DNA from: the human T2T-CHM13v2.0 reference genome, Homo sapiens
Assembly (NCBI RefSeq): GCF_009914755.1
Contig: NC_060936.1
Length of the DNA stretch: 64,000 bases
Direction: 5' to 3' (one strand)
The first letter of the stretch is position 1. Every line of letters begins with the position of its first letter. Made by a program: the position numbers and the translations under genes. Below, in pieces: positions 1-16,877 of this stretch. The notes under the pieces were generated by a model. The model worked only from the letters and a program-made list of their open reading frames with translations, had not been told where the DNA came from and did not search any database.

Positions 1-263
1 TTGAGAATTCTCCTCTAGAAACGTGCTTTTTTATTAAGATAAATTTCTCTCAAATAAGGTTAAATAAACAAAAAATCATGGGTCAAAGCCTCATTGTCTG
101 CTGAGCAATCATGTATATTGCTTTAATTATTCTTCCTCAATTTCCTTGAAAATTCTCTATTTAACTTTATTGAGATTATAATTAAGATCCTATAAAATTA
201 GGCCAGGCGCGGTGGCTCATGCCTGTAATCCCAGCACTTTGGGAGGCCAAGGCGGGTGGATCA

Positions 264-692
<429 letters not shown>

Positions 693-695
693 TTA

Positions 696-806
<111 letters not shown>

Positions 807-3278
807 CTAGATTGTAATCCAGCCTGGGCAACAGAGTGAGACCCTGTCTCAAAATAAATAAAATAAAATAAACTCATTATAGGTGAACAGTGCCACTATA
901 TGTGCATGCCATTTGTGTGCTTTCTTTGCTGAAAAGTCTTCTTCAAACCCTCTGCCCACTTTTTAAATTTGGTTAACCTTCAACAACCTGGCATCTACTC
1001 CTGCTTCTATTAAAACTAACGTCTGAAATAATGAAATGCAGTGGATATAGTGAATCCTAACTAACAAGTCCAGTAGTATATTTTGGTTTATCTTCTCCTT
1101 GACCCTCCTGCAGTATTGGATGTCTTCAATAATCTTTTCTTGAAATGTTGTCTTACTTTGGTGTCCAGGACAGAATACGTTTCTGATTTTTCTGGAAGAT
1201 CTTTGATGACTTCCTTTTCTGGGTTGTAGTCTACCTCCTGCCGTTTCTAGGTGGTGGTTCAGTTCACATAGACTAGACCTCTGCCCTCTGCTTTACTTCT
1301 ACATTTTATTTCATGGCAACTATAATGTCTTCAAGAAAATTTCTAGATTAGCCAGGTGTGGTGGTGGGTGCTTGTAGTCCCAGCTACTCAGGAGGCTGAG
1401 GCATGAGAATCTACTGAACCTGGGAGGCACAGGCTGGAGTGAGCCAAGATTGCGCCACTGCACTCCAGCCTGGGGGACACAGTGAGACTCCATCTCTAAA
1501 AAAAAAAAAAAGAAGGAGGGAAAAAAAGAAATTTTATAGAAGGCAGTGAGATATCTGATGATGTCATCAAGAAACTGGTGTTATGTAAGCATGGTGAGAG
1601 CTGGAGCCGTGGGAAGGAAACTAAATGACAGGCCCTACCATAGTGGAGGGATGCAGCACTGTGAGAAGGGATGCAGCTAGGCAGGAGAGAAACACCCCTT
1701 TGATCTCTTCCTGGTGCCTCCCATTGGTTGAAACCAGAGGTTAGGAGAGTCTGTGTAAAACCGTCCATGTGGTCAGCAAAGGGTATGGGAATGAATCTGG
1801 GAGCAAATGAAAACTAGCCAATACATTCGGGGTCTAAAGCAAACATCTCACCATCTCACCGTGTTTTTTTTTTTTTTGAGTCAGAGTCTTTCTCTGTCAT
1901 CCAGGCTGGAGTTCAGTGGTGTGATCTCGGCTCACTGCAGCCTCCTGCCTCCCAGGTTGAAGCAATTCTCCTGCCTCAGCAACCCGAGTAGCTGGGATTA
2001 CAGGCACACACCACCACACCCGACTAATTTTTGTATTTTTAGTAGAGATGGGGTTTCATCATGTTGGCTAGGCTGGTCTTGAACTCCTGACTGCAAGTGA
2101 TCTGCCTGCCTCGGCCTCCCAGTGTTGGGATTATAGGCGTGAGCCACCACGTCCGGCCCTCACCATCTTTTGTGCCTAAATCATCTCCCTGTTTTAACTT
2201 CTGTGCCTCCATCAATGGCACCATTACTCTCCCAGCCTCTTAAGCTGGAACCTCAGAAATCACTCCAACTCCCTTCATGGATTTTTTTTTTTCCTGTTAG
2301 TAAATTCTTATCCCTTATTTGGCATTACCCATCTCATAGGATTGGACTGTTGAATCCTCTATAAATGTGAGACTTCACAATTTCATGGTACTTAACATCA
2401 CGGTTTAATTAAAATCCTCATGTGTGTACTTATCTCTTGAATGAGCATTTTCAGGGCAGGGTCTGTGCTTCATACTTCAAATCCTCATTGTGCCCCTCAG
2501 CATTCTGTCAGGGTAGGGACTCAGCAACGCTTGTAAAATAAATAAATGAATGATCTGTTCACGGTGGACATGGGCCTACAACTTGCCTGAATTCCTTGTC
2601 CAAATGACAGAATATGGCAACAGAGTCAACACATTTCACTAGTAAGTGGCAGCATCCACAATGATAACTTCCAAAGATGTTCAACACCAGCAAGCACATC
2701 ACTGCGACTTCAGTAACCATAGTAACAAGACTACAATAAGATCATAACCAGCTAGTCAGACTAATCTCTTTCTAGTGGAAATGACCAGTGAATTACTTTC
2801 TGTGTGGACTGGGTTACTCTAAAGAAGATTCTTTCTTTCTTGCTTGCTTTCTCTCTCTCTCTCTCTTTCTTTCTTTTCAGGATCTCACTCTGTCACTCGG
2901 GCTGGAGTGCAGTGGTGTAATCATAGCTCACTGCAGCCTTGAGGTCTGGGCTCAAGTGATCCTCCCACCTCAGCCTCCTGAGTAGCTGGGATGACAGGCA
3001 AGCACAACCATGCCCAGCTAATTAAATTTATTTATTTTTTTTGAGAGATGGGATCTCAGTATGTTGCCCAGGCTGGTCTCAAATCCTGGCCTCAAGTGAT
3101 CCCCCATCTCAGCTTCCCAAAGTGCTGGGAATACAGGTGTGAGCCACTGCACTTAATAATTTCTTTTTTTTTTTTAATTTTAGGGTAAATAGAGATGGGG
3201 TTTTGCTGTGTTGCCCAGGTTGGTCTCAAACCCCTGAGTTCACCTCAGCCTCCCAAAACACTGGGATTACAAGTGTGA

Positions 3279-3410
<132 letters not shown>

Positions 3411-3820
3411 TAGCTGGGATTACAGGCACATGCCACCATGCCCAGCTAATTTTTGTATTTTTAGTAGAGACAGGGTTTCATCATGCTGGTCAGGTTGGTC
3501 TTGAACTCCTGACCTCAAGTGATCCACCTGCCTCGGACTCCCAAAGTGTTGAGATTACAGGCGTGAGCCGCAGAACCTGGCTAAAAATTTTACATAAATA
3601 TAGTTGAGAATCAAAAAAACCTACTGCTAATAGTAAATATTTGCTTTCATGTATGATTGAAATGCATTTTAATATTCTTTTTGTTTTTAAAGTTTAGTTT
3701 TATTTTCTTAAACTATTATATTCTTAGTACAAAACATGTAAAAGAAGACAAAATCTCCTATAGCTCTCCCTGCTGCTTGTTTTCTCTGTAAATGTTTCAC
3801 CTTTGTTTTGTCTTTTGTAA

Positions 3821-3964
<144 letters not shown>

Positions 3965-3981
3965 TGAGACCATCCTGGCTA

Positions 3982-4281
<300 letters not shown>

Positions 4282-4597
4282 CTAGAAAAAAAAATTATAT
4301 TATTCTAAAACAATTCATACTCATAAAAATAAAAGCAATTAAAAGTGCATAGAGTAAAAAGTTAAAGACTTCCTTCTCTCCAAGGCCTTGTTCTCCCTCC
4401 TAAGGAGTTAGCTATTGTATTGTTCCAGACAATTATTTTCTGTAATGTAGTTGCTTTTTTAAAAAAAGTGTAAGCATTTGTTTTATTACAAGTACAACAC
4501 GAGTAATATTCTCTTTTTCTACTTCCTTCCCTTACCCCTAGATCCCTCAAATGAAACTGCATAGAAGTAATCATAGTCACCAGTTTCATGTGGATTA

Positions 4598-4789
4598 TGG
4601 TTCTTAACACTTGGGCATTTGGAAATGTGGAAGAGCATTTTTGGTTGTCACAGTGAGTAGCTCTACTACTCGTTGAGGGCATAGTGCTCAGGGATGTTAA
4701 CAACTGTGGTATGTCCAGTAGGCTCCCAAGCAACAGAGCAATGTTCCAGAACGTGGAATGCTGCTAGCACCCCCTGCTGAGAAACCCTG
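4598..4789 (+). mobile_element. MER20-like hAT remnant
   Basis: GGTTCTTAAC...GGGCATTTGGAAATGT...TTTTTGGTTGTCAC...GCTGAGAAACCCTG. Confidence 0.55.
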
Positions 4790-5435
4790 TACGATCAATC
4801 TCTTCCATGCTAACTAAACGTATGCACGTGCAGGTGAACACACACACACACACATACACATACCACACACACACACAGTCTCATACACAAAAGTTGAAAG
4901 CCTTGTACACTGAAACTCTCATGTACCCACCACTTAGATTCTACTATTAACATTTTGCCTTATTTGCTTTATCACATATCTATCCAGCCATCTATGCGAA
5001 TTCCCATTCATCAATAATTCATCTTTTGAAAAATGTATTTCGGAGTAAGTTGCAGAGGTGAATATACTTCATCTCTAAACACTTTAGCATTAAATTACTC
5101 TTTTTCGGCTGGGCGCAGTGGCTCACGCCTGTACTCCCAGCACTTTGGGAGGCCAAGGTGGGTGGATCACCTGAGGTCAGGAGTTTGAGACCAGCCTGAC
5201 TAACACGGAGAAACCCCACTTCTACTAAAAATACAAAATTAGCTGGGTGTGGTGGTGCATGCCTGTAATCCCAGCTACTCAGGAAGGCTGAGGCAGAAGA
5301 ATCACTTGAACCCGGCGGAGGGGTTGAAGCGGAGGAGTTGAGGCGGAGGTTGGAGGTTGTGGTGAGCCGAGATCACACCATTGCCCTCCAGCCTGGGCAA
5401 CAAGAGTGAAACTCTGTCTCAAAAAATAAAAATAA

Positions 5436-5702
<267 letters not shown>

Positions 5703-5804
5703 TGATGGAATTACAGGCGTGAGCCACTGTACCCTGCCAAATTACCTTTTAAAGGGCATATTATACATATTGTTCTACAGCTTGTGGTATAAATATATTA
5801 TCAT

Positions 5805-6260
5805 TCAATAAGTCAATATTTATTAACGGTTTACTATGTGCCAAATACTTGGCTAGGCTCTGGGGTTACAATGACAAGCAAAACAAACACACTTCGTAAC
5901 TCATCCTAGAAAAGCTTACTCTAATGCAGCGTTTGAAACTATTTCTATAATAGTAGTAATAATAACAATTAGTAGTAAAACATATAAAAATTATTATTAT
6001 AACAGCATAATAATAAAGTTATTTATTGTGTGCCTACCATATTCCTGACACTGTTCTAAGTACTTTCAATTATTAATAAATTTAACTCTATAAGGTGAGA
6101 ACAACTGCAGTCCTTGTGTGGCAGAAGATGAGACTGAGACACAGAGAAATTAAGTAACTTGCCCAAGAACACAGTGCTAGTAAATGGCAAAGCTGGGGTA
6201 TAAACCCAGACAGCTCAGCTCCAGAGCCCAAAAACTGCACTATTACTCTGTACGGTCCTC
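5805..6260 (-). mobile_element. L2 tail plus MIR
   Basis: CATTCAATAAG...TTTATT...TACTATGTGCCA; ACTGAGACACAGAGAAATTAAGTAACTTGCCCAAG (MIR core). Confidence 0.7.
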
Positions 6261-6334
6261 TAGTGCATTGTCTCCGTGTTAATAACATGTAATCTACCCT
6301 ATTCTTTCTTTACAGGTGCAAAATATTCCACTGA

Positions 6335-6682
<348 letters not shown>

Positions 6683-7289
6683 TAACTAATTCTTCACTGT
6701 TACATTTAATGATACAGTGAAGATCCTTGTTTGTATATCTCTGTACATATTTCTAAATATTTCTGTCAAATAGACTCTAGAAATAGACTTACTGAATCAA
6801 AAAAGTACACACATTTTAATGTTGATAGATATCGGTTAACTGCCCTCCAAAAACACTGTGCCAGTCTCCGTTCCTCTATGGAATATAATAGTACTAAATT
6901 TCTGGCAAGGCATGATGGCTCAGGCACATAATCCCAGCACTTTGGGAGGCCAATGGGGGCAGATCGCTTGAGCTCAGGAGTTCAAGACCAGCCTGGACAA
7001 TGTGGTGAAATTCCATCTCTACAAAAAATGCAAAAATTAGCTGGGCCTGGTGACATGCGTCTGTAGTCTCAGCTACTCAAGAGGCTGAGATGGAAGGATT
7101 GCTTGAACCCCAGAGGCTGAGACCGCAGTGAGCTGTGATCTCATCACTGTAGTCCAGGCTGGGTAACAGAATGAGACCATGTCCCAAAAAAAAAAAAAAA
7201 AAAAAAAAGGACCCAATTTTTTGTATCTCCCAGAACATTCTAAGTTTTACACATCCAGTGAAAGAAAACTACCTACATAAAATCATTTC

Positions 7290-7710
7290 TCATTCATACA
7301 TTTATTCATTTAATTATTTAACAAATATTCATTGAGTACCAATTATGTTACAAGCATTGTGCTAGGCCAAAGACACAATTGATGAACAATAAAAAAAATT
7401 CCTTCCCCTGTAGATATTGTATACAATCTGCTAAGTGTATAATCTACTAAGGATAGACAGTCAATAAAGAAATCGGTAAATTACTATACAATATAGTGTT
7501 AGGTGATGATGAGTGTGATGAAGAAAAATAAAGCAGAATAAGGAAGTAGAGAGTGATGAAATGAAGGGTTAGATAGTGTCATCAGGAAGGGTCTCAGAGG
7601 AAGTGACTTTTTAGCACATGTGAATGAAGTGAGGGAGAGCCATGTGAAACTCTGGGGAATGATCATTTCAGGCAGGATATGCAAAGGCCCTGAGATGGAG
7701 ACTTGATGAA
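7290..7710 (-). mobile_element. L2 fragment
   Basis: CATTCAT...ACAAATATTCATTGAGTACC...TGCAAAGGCCCTGAG. Confidence 0.65.
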
Positions 7711-7934
7711 ACTGAGAAACCTCCATTTGTGTTCTAAGTTGTCTTTCCCTAATTACTACTGAGATGAAACAGCTTTTTTTTCCCTCCACCTTTTCATCTA
7801 TTAAATGTATGAGCATAGCAGTTTCATAGACTTCCAACCCCTTCCATCACTAAATGTTAATCAGTCTGTGATTTCAATACATTTAATGATTTTGAGTTAG
7901 GCCAATAGTAAGGATATATTTTCATACTTGTTTA

Positions 7935-8311
7935 AAAGTCAGATTTATTGAGGTATTATTTACATGCAGTAAAATTCATCCTTTTAAAATGCAATGACTT
8001 CTGACAAAGGTGTACAGTTGTGTAACCACCCCCACAATCAAGATAAGAAAACTATTCTACCAGCAACCTCCCCCAAAAAACATCACTTGTGCCCTTTGAG
8101 ATCAATCTCCTTTTTTCACTCTGAGTCTCTGGAAATCGATTTCTTGTACCTGTAGTCTTATATTCTCTAGAATGTCACATAAATGGAATCATACAGTGAA
8201 TAGCGTTTGTGCCTGGCTTAGCGTAATGCTTTTATGATACATCCATGTTGTTTCATGTATCGGTAGTTATTTAATCTTTACTGCTGAGTAGTTTCCAGGG
8301 TCTGTTTGTAC
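7935..8311 (-). mobile_element. Old L1M 3' fragment
   Basis: TTTATTGAGGTA...AAATGGAATCATACAG...CATCCATGTTGTT. Confidence 0.6.
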
Positions 8312-8582
8312 TGATGCAGGGCAGGCGAGCCCAAAAATTGGGTCATAGCCTGGGAGGATTCTTGGCCTCACCCAGGAAAGAATTCAAGGGTGAGCTGGTG
8401 GTGTTAAATAGCAACTTTTCTTGAACTGGCAGTGTACAGCAGCAGCAAAGGGACTGCTTGCCGTAGAGCAGGGCCACCCCATAGGCAGTGTGCCCAGAGT
8501 AGCAGCTCAGAGGCAGTTCCACAGTCATATTTATATCCACCTTTAATTACTTGCAAATTAAGGGGCAGATTACACAGAAACT
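8312..8582 (-). mobile_element. ERV1 LTR 3' part (MER66-like), truncated at an inverted Alu junction
   Basis: The - strand ends GGGCTCGCCTGCCCTGCATCA; family assignment is from recall. Confidence 0.55.
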
Positions 8583-8666
8583 TCTCTTTTTTTTCTTCCT
8601 CGAGACTGAGTCTAGCTCTGTTGCCCAGGCTGAAGTGCAGTGGCGCTGGCTGGTCCCAGCTACTCA

Positions 8667-8792
<126 letters not shown>

Positions 8793-8911
8793 TTATTCTG
8801 AACTTTGGATTGATCTTTTATACATTTCTGAAAATGCAAACAAATAATTAGTTATGTGAAAAAAATTTCCAATTAAGATGTCAGTATTTTATGAAAAACC
8901 AGAAGTTATTA

Positions 8912-9482
<571 letters not shown>

Positions 9483-10595
9483 TCACTGGAACCTCCGCCT
9501 CATAAGCTCCAGTGATCCTCCCATCTCAGCCTCCTAAATAGCTCCTAAATAGCCGTGCTTGGCTAATTTCTTGGTTTGTGTGTGTGTGTGTGTGTGTGTG
9601 TGTTTGTTTGTTTGTTTTTCTAGAGATGGGGTCTCACCATGTCACCCAGGCTGGTCTGGAACTCTTGGGCTCAAGTGATCTGCCCATCTGGACTTCCCAA
9701 AGTGCTGGGTTTATAGGCATGAGCCACCACACCCAGCCCTGAAAAAATGTTTGAAACTCATATATGTTAAGTGTGTGATGTACCTATTATTAACTTAAAC
9801 ACTAAAAGACAAAGACAAACAACACATGATAATGCTTCAGGACTCCAAATCTCAGTGTCAGCTCAGTCCGTGTTGAATAGTCCTTGAATGCCTCTGGGTA
9901 TTCCTCTTTCCCCAGTGCACAGCTACCTCAGTAAATGACCACTGGTCTTTTTGATAAAGGACTGAAAATCATTACAGAATATACTCAAGATGATGTTTCA
10001 GGGTTCTTTATTCTGGGGACCTGGCCACCTCTTCAGTCCACCAGTACCAGGTCTGAAAACTGACTTAGGTTCAACATCAGGGCAAGAGATCCTGATTTCC
10101 TTTTGGGTGACCACCCCGATTTTGTCAAATGCAGTTTATTAACCATTATACACCTATTGCTAAGCCCAGGGACTGACACATAGTAAGTACTCAAAAATAT
10201 TTGTTGAATGAATGAATGACACTTGGAATTTCAGAGACATAAAAGTTTAGGGTGGTATATAAAACCTCAATCAATCAGTGATGATTGAAGTGTTTATTCT
10301 TTCATTAAGTATCCTACTTGACCTACAGGGAAAACATAGAGACCTACAGGGAAACATCAAAAACATAGCCTCTGGAATCAATCAGTGTGACTTGATACCA
10401 GGTCTCCTCTTATCATTTCTAAGTCTCAGTTTCCTCATGTGTAAAATGGGTATAATAATAACTTACAAGGCTGCTGTGTGGATCAAATGAGATAATGCAC
10501 ATAAAGATCTCAGCATGGTGCCTGATACATAGCAAGTGTTATAAGGTTAAAATTTTATTTATTCATTTTGTTATTTTATTATTATTAGTTTTTGA

Positions 10596-10697
<102 letters not shown>

Positions 10698-10763
10698 TGA
10701 GTAGCTGGGATCACAGGCCTGCACCCCTACGCCCAGCTCATTTTTTTTTTTTTTTTTGTTTAG

Positions 10764-10982
<219 letters not shown>

Positions 10983-11027
10983 TGATCCGCCCGCCTTGGC
11001 CTCCCAAAGTGCTAGGATTACAGGTAG

Positions 11028-11252
<225 letters not shown>

Positions 11253-11665
11253 TGATCTAAACATTCTCAGTAAACTCCATTTGGTTTGAGGGAGGAGGAA
11301 GGCAGAGAAGTAGGATGCCGCAGGAGTTAAACTTGTCAAATAAAGGTCCGTTAGTCTCTGCAAGATGGTTAAGATTATCTCTTGCTGAGTAAATATTAAA
11401 TAATCTAATATTTAACTCCACATCAGAGCCATTTCATCCTTCTTTCTCTTACTTTTCAAGGTGTCAGGGTTCCATGGGCAAGCCATGTGCACTCTTGGCA
11501 CATTTACCCATAAATGAGTCTCTCCATAGGCTTTGGAATCCTTGTAGGCTTCAAGGTTTTTGCTCAACTTAGTATTGATACCCTGGTTATGCTCAGCCAC
11601 TGGGACACTGGGGACATTTGCTGCTAGAGTGTGCAGTATGACTATTGGTCTGTCCTCTTGGTTGG

Positions 11666-12019
11666 CGTATATTAGTCTGTTCTCGCACTGCTAGTAAAGA
11701 CATACCTGAGACTGGGTAATTTATAAAGAAAAGAGGTTTAGTTGACTCAGTTCCGCATGGCTGGGAGGCCTCACTATCATGGCGGTAGACGAGTGAGGAG
11801 CAAAGGCATGTCTTTCACAGTGGCAGGCAAGAGAGCTTGTGCAGGGAAACTGCCCTTTATAAAACCATCAGATCTTGAGAGACTTATTCACTACCACAGG
11901 AATAGTATGGGTGAAAATGCCCTATGATTCAATTATCTCCACCTGTCCCTGCCCTTGACACCTGGGGATTATTACAATTCAAGGTGAGATTTGGGTGAGG
12001 ACACAGCCAAACCATATCA
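11666..12019 (-). mobile_element. MaLR solo LTR (THE1-type)
   Basis: The - strand begins TGATATGGTTTGGCTGTGT; ~350 bp; near-TSD GTTGG/GTTGT. Confidence 0.85.
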
Positions 12020-12415
12020 GTTGTGGTAGGGCCCATTGATCTACAAATGTGACTTGACCTCACTTTTGCATCCCTTCAAGGCTCAGCCACTGCCTCCCTC
12101 AGACATGTGGTAGAGGTTATCAGGTCCCTGTCTACCCACTTCCTCATGGTGACCCAATGGCAGGTCACACTCAATTACCTTTCACTTCCCCAAAAAGGAT
12201 GCTGAAAAGGGGTCTTTTGACTCTCTTCCAAGTCATCAAGGGAGGTCTGCACTGTTGAATTAGGCTAATTAGGCTACCATTACATCACCGTAGGCCTAGG
12301 TGCACTCTGCAGTGGTGTTCTCTCCATTTCAAAACAAGAAGTCAGGTTAAATCTGTCTTTACATATATTTTCTCTCTTCAACATAAACTGGGTTTTCACT
12401 TTTCTAATCAGCTAC

Positions 12416-12875
12416 TGATGCAGGATTTTTTATTCCTTACCACCACTAGGTCTGGGTTCTCATCTCACAACCAGGAAGAATTAGGCATGCAGACACTTGA
12501 AGAGTGAGTGGAGCAGAATTTATTAAGTGAAAGGAAAGCTCTCAGCAAAAAGAGGGGACCTGAAAGCAGTTTACTGGTTGCCCCCTTCACAGTTGAATAC
12601 CAGGGCTTAAGGCATGAATTTCTGGTGGCTCCACCCTGTCCTTCCAGTGCTGATGCAGGCCCTTGGACTGAGCAGCTCCATATTGATTTATTTCCCTTAC
12701 TGTGTATGTGTTAAGGAATGGAATTTTCCACTGCAGGCATGTTTAGGCAAGCTCCCCGTGCAAGTTCCCTTATCTGCACAAAACATCTGGTGTAAGCACT
12801 TGTAGGGTGGGTGGGAGGTTCTCCGGGGACCCTTCCCTTACTGTCTGCCTAAAGCAAGCTGGCTAACACTTATCA
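12416..12875 (-). mobile_element. ERV1 solo LTR, MER61-like
   Basis: TG...CA termini, 460 bp, 4-bp TSD CTAC (12412-12415 and 12876-12879). The - strand resembles recalled MER61 and carries the family's characteristic p53 site. Confidence 0.8.
12735..12754. promoter_or_regulatory. Perfect p53 response element AGGCATGTTT AGGCAAGCTC inside a MER61-like LTR
   Basis: 20/20 match to RRRCWWGYYY x2 with zero spacer; a third half-site GTGCAAGTTC lies at 12758-12767. Confidence 0.85.
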
Positions 12876-13270
12876 CTACAACCCCTTGAGTTTCAACAGG
12901 GAGAAGGAGCTATGTGTAAAGCAAGGGTCTTGGTGTCTAATCTCTTCCTGCACATCTTCTACACCCTGCACCACTAGACCGGAGGAAGGCTTCCCTCTGG
13001 GTAGACGTCCCTTTTAGAATTTTTGTTTTTCTTCCTTGACCTAAAGCTAGTTCTTCTCTTTCTTTTCCCTGAGGCAATAAACATCTCCTAGTCCCAAAGT
13101 GAGGAATGTTTGCAAGAACGGGAAAAAGTTTATAGAGAAAAAACTATTTGGGGAGGTACAACATTTATATCACCCTTTAACTATCAAATTTGAGTGTCTT
13201 CTGCTCCTCTTCTCTTTTTAGATTAATTATACAAAATCAAGAGTACATGTTTTTACATAGCTAAGATATA

Positions 13271-13646
13271 TGATATGGTCTGGCTGTGTCCCCACTCAAA
13301 TCTCATTTTGAACTAGAGTTCCCATAATCCCCACGTGTCATGGGAGAGACCTAGTAGAAGGTAATTGAATCATGGAGGCAGTTACCCCCATGCTGTTCTC
13401 GTGATAGTGAGTGAGTTTCCCCAGATCTGATGGTTTTAAAGAGCGTCCCCCCTACACCACCTTCACTCTGCACTTCCTGCTGCCACCATGTGAAGAAGGA
13501 CATGTTTACTTCCCCTTCTGCCATGATTATAAGTTTCCTGAGGCCTCCCAAGCCCTGTGGAACTGTGATCCAGTTAAACCTCTTTCCTTTATAAATTACA
13601 CAGGCTCAGATATGTCCTTACAGCAGCATGAGAACAGGCTAACACA
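13271..13646 (+). mobile_element. MaLR solo LTR (THE1-type)
   Basis: TGATATGGTCTGGCTGTGTCCCCACTCAAATCTC...GAGAACAGGCTAACACA. Confidence 0.85.
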
Positions 13647-13912
13647 TAATATTTAAATTTTGATATTGAAACATTGGAGCTCAATACATATTAATGATGA
13701 CATAATAACGACAGAATTGAGCAAAAGCACTGAAAACTGCACTTGATAGGAATTGGAATGCATTCTGCCACAAAGACCTGTTTATAAAAAATAAACATAA
13801 AAAAGTAATCAGAATACTTAATGCTTCAGATTTTGGTCTGCTGATGAGTAATTTGAGCCAATCTTAAATAAGACTTTTCTTATTTTAATTCTTTTTTTTT
13901 TTTTAAAGATGA

Positions 13913-14011
<99 letters not shown>

Positions 14012-15186
14012 TGAAAGCTGGGACTACAGGTGCACAACACCACGCATGGCTAATTTGTGTATTTTTAGTAGAGATGGGGTTTCACCCTGTTGGCCAGGCT
14101 GGTCTCGAACTCCTGACCTCAAGTGATACTGCCTCTTCAGTCTCCCAAAGTGCTGGGATTACAGGTGTGAGCCACTGCCCCCGGCCTCTTATTTTAATTC
14201 TTTAACCAAAGAAATGTGAGGACAAAGGTCCTGGATGAGACCATAAAACCTGGATTATGATCATTATGAAGGAGACTGCCACTAAATAATATGTGAGTAT
14301 GCACACATTACCTCTCTGGTTTTACAGTTTCCTCTTGCACAAATCCAAGGCATTAGACTAGATGACCTCTAAGGAACCTTTCTGTAGATCTATAATTTTT
14401 TCTGAAATGCTCAGATGGCTCATTGTCCATAAATGTGTCAGCAAGCTGAGTTATTCATTGAGTCACATGTTAACCTCTCACTGGAACTGCAATGCATTAC
14501 AGTGCTATTATGTAACTCTCCAGCCCCTTAGGATTTGGGGTCATTATAATTAGCCAGAATGGAAAGAACTCCTGAATGATATATCCGGTCTAAGCACAGG
14601 CACATGAATTACATGGCTGAGATGGGTAAACCTGAAAATTTTCTGAGAAGTAAACACATTTTTGTTACTATTAATTCCTTCCTCCTCCTCCTGCTCTTGC
14701 TTCATCACTTACTTCTGCTATGTCTTCATATTCTCTCTCAGAAAGCATTCTGTTCTAACCCCCAAATGTATCTCTCCATTTTGTCTTCTTGTGCTTCTCC
14801 ACCTATCTTCTTGGAATAGAAGTCTGAACCTACTGCTTTACTTTTCAGTTCCATGCAATCCAGCTTCTATCTGTACCACTCTCCTGAAATTCCTACAAAG
14901 ATTGCCAGTGACTGCTTATCTGCCCAAACCGACCTCTTCTTTTCCCCTTTGTGCTGATTCCACTGCAGCATTTGCTCTTTGGTAATCTCATATATACCAA
15001 CCCCTTTCCACTGATGTTTCCCAAGTCAATTTCCAACTATCTAGCAGTTGTCTTCACCTAGGTGTCCTACAGACATCTCAAACTGTTGGATGTCTAAAAC
15101 CAAATTCATAATCCTCCAGACTTCTTCTATTCCCTGGCTCAATTAATGATTAATATTCACTGATCCTTTTTTTTTTTTTTTTTTGA

Positions 15187-15594
<408 letters not shown>

Positions 15595-16475
15595 TAGCAT
15601 TTCTTAAAACGACCCTCCTGATGTTAATCGCTAATGCTATCTCTAGTCCAATCTATCTAAGGGTTGCCGGAGTTATCACCACAAAAAATAAACTTGGTGA
15701 TGACACCACCCTACTCATGAGCTCTCCTTGTTGCTCTCAGGGCAAAATCCAATCTCCTTAGCATGTTACACAAGGTCCTTTATAATGTCATCACCACCAG
15801 TCTCCCCAGCCTTATCCTCATGTGTTCCAGTCACACTGGACCACTTATCCCCTAGATGAATCAAGTTCATTTGAACACCATGACCTTGAATTCAGGCACT
15901 GAGTGTTTCCTTTCCATATTCTTGATCACAAAGCACAATGACAAATTGTACATCCTCAATCAACTTTTGAATGAATTAATCATGGATCCTGGATAGTGGT
16001 TTCTGAATAAGACATTAATTAATATTATTATTATTACATATTTTTTGAGACAAAGTCTCTTTCTGTCTCCCAGGCTGGAGTGCAGTGGCTTGATCTGGGC
16101 TCACCGCAACCTCTGCCTCCAGGGTTCAAGTGATTCTTTTCCCTCAGCCTCCTGAGTAGCTGGGACTGCAGGTGCATGCCACCACGCCCGACTTATTTTT
16201 GTATTTTTAGTAGAGATGGGGTTTCACCATTTTGGCCAGGCTGGTCTCAAACTCCTAACCTCAAGTGATCCTCCTGCCTTGGTCTCCCAAAGTGCTGGGA
16301 TTACAGGCATGAGCCACTGTGCCCAGCAAGATATTAATTTTTAAGTAAAAGAATTATGAAAGAAACCCCTCTCTCAAAAGAATCCTCCTCTCTTTGTCCT
16401 TGAGCAGGGAAGCAAACAATTACCTTCTGAACTTTTTGTCATTATCATAGCCACTTTCAATTCTTGTCCAATTCA

Positions 16476-16877
<402 letters not shown>

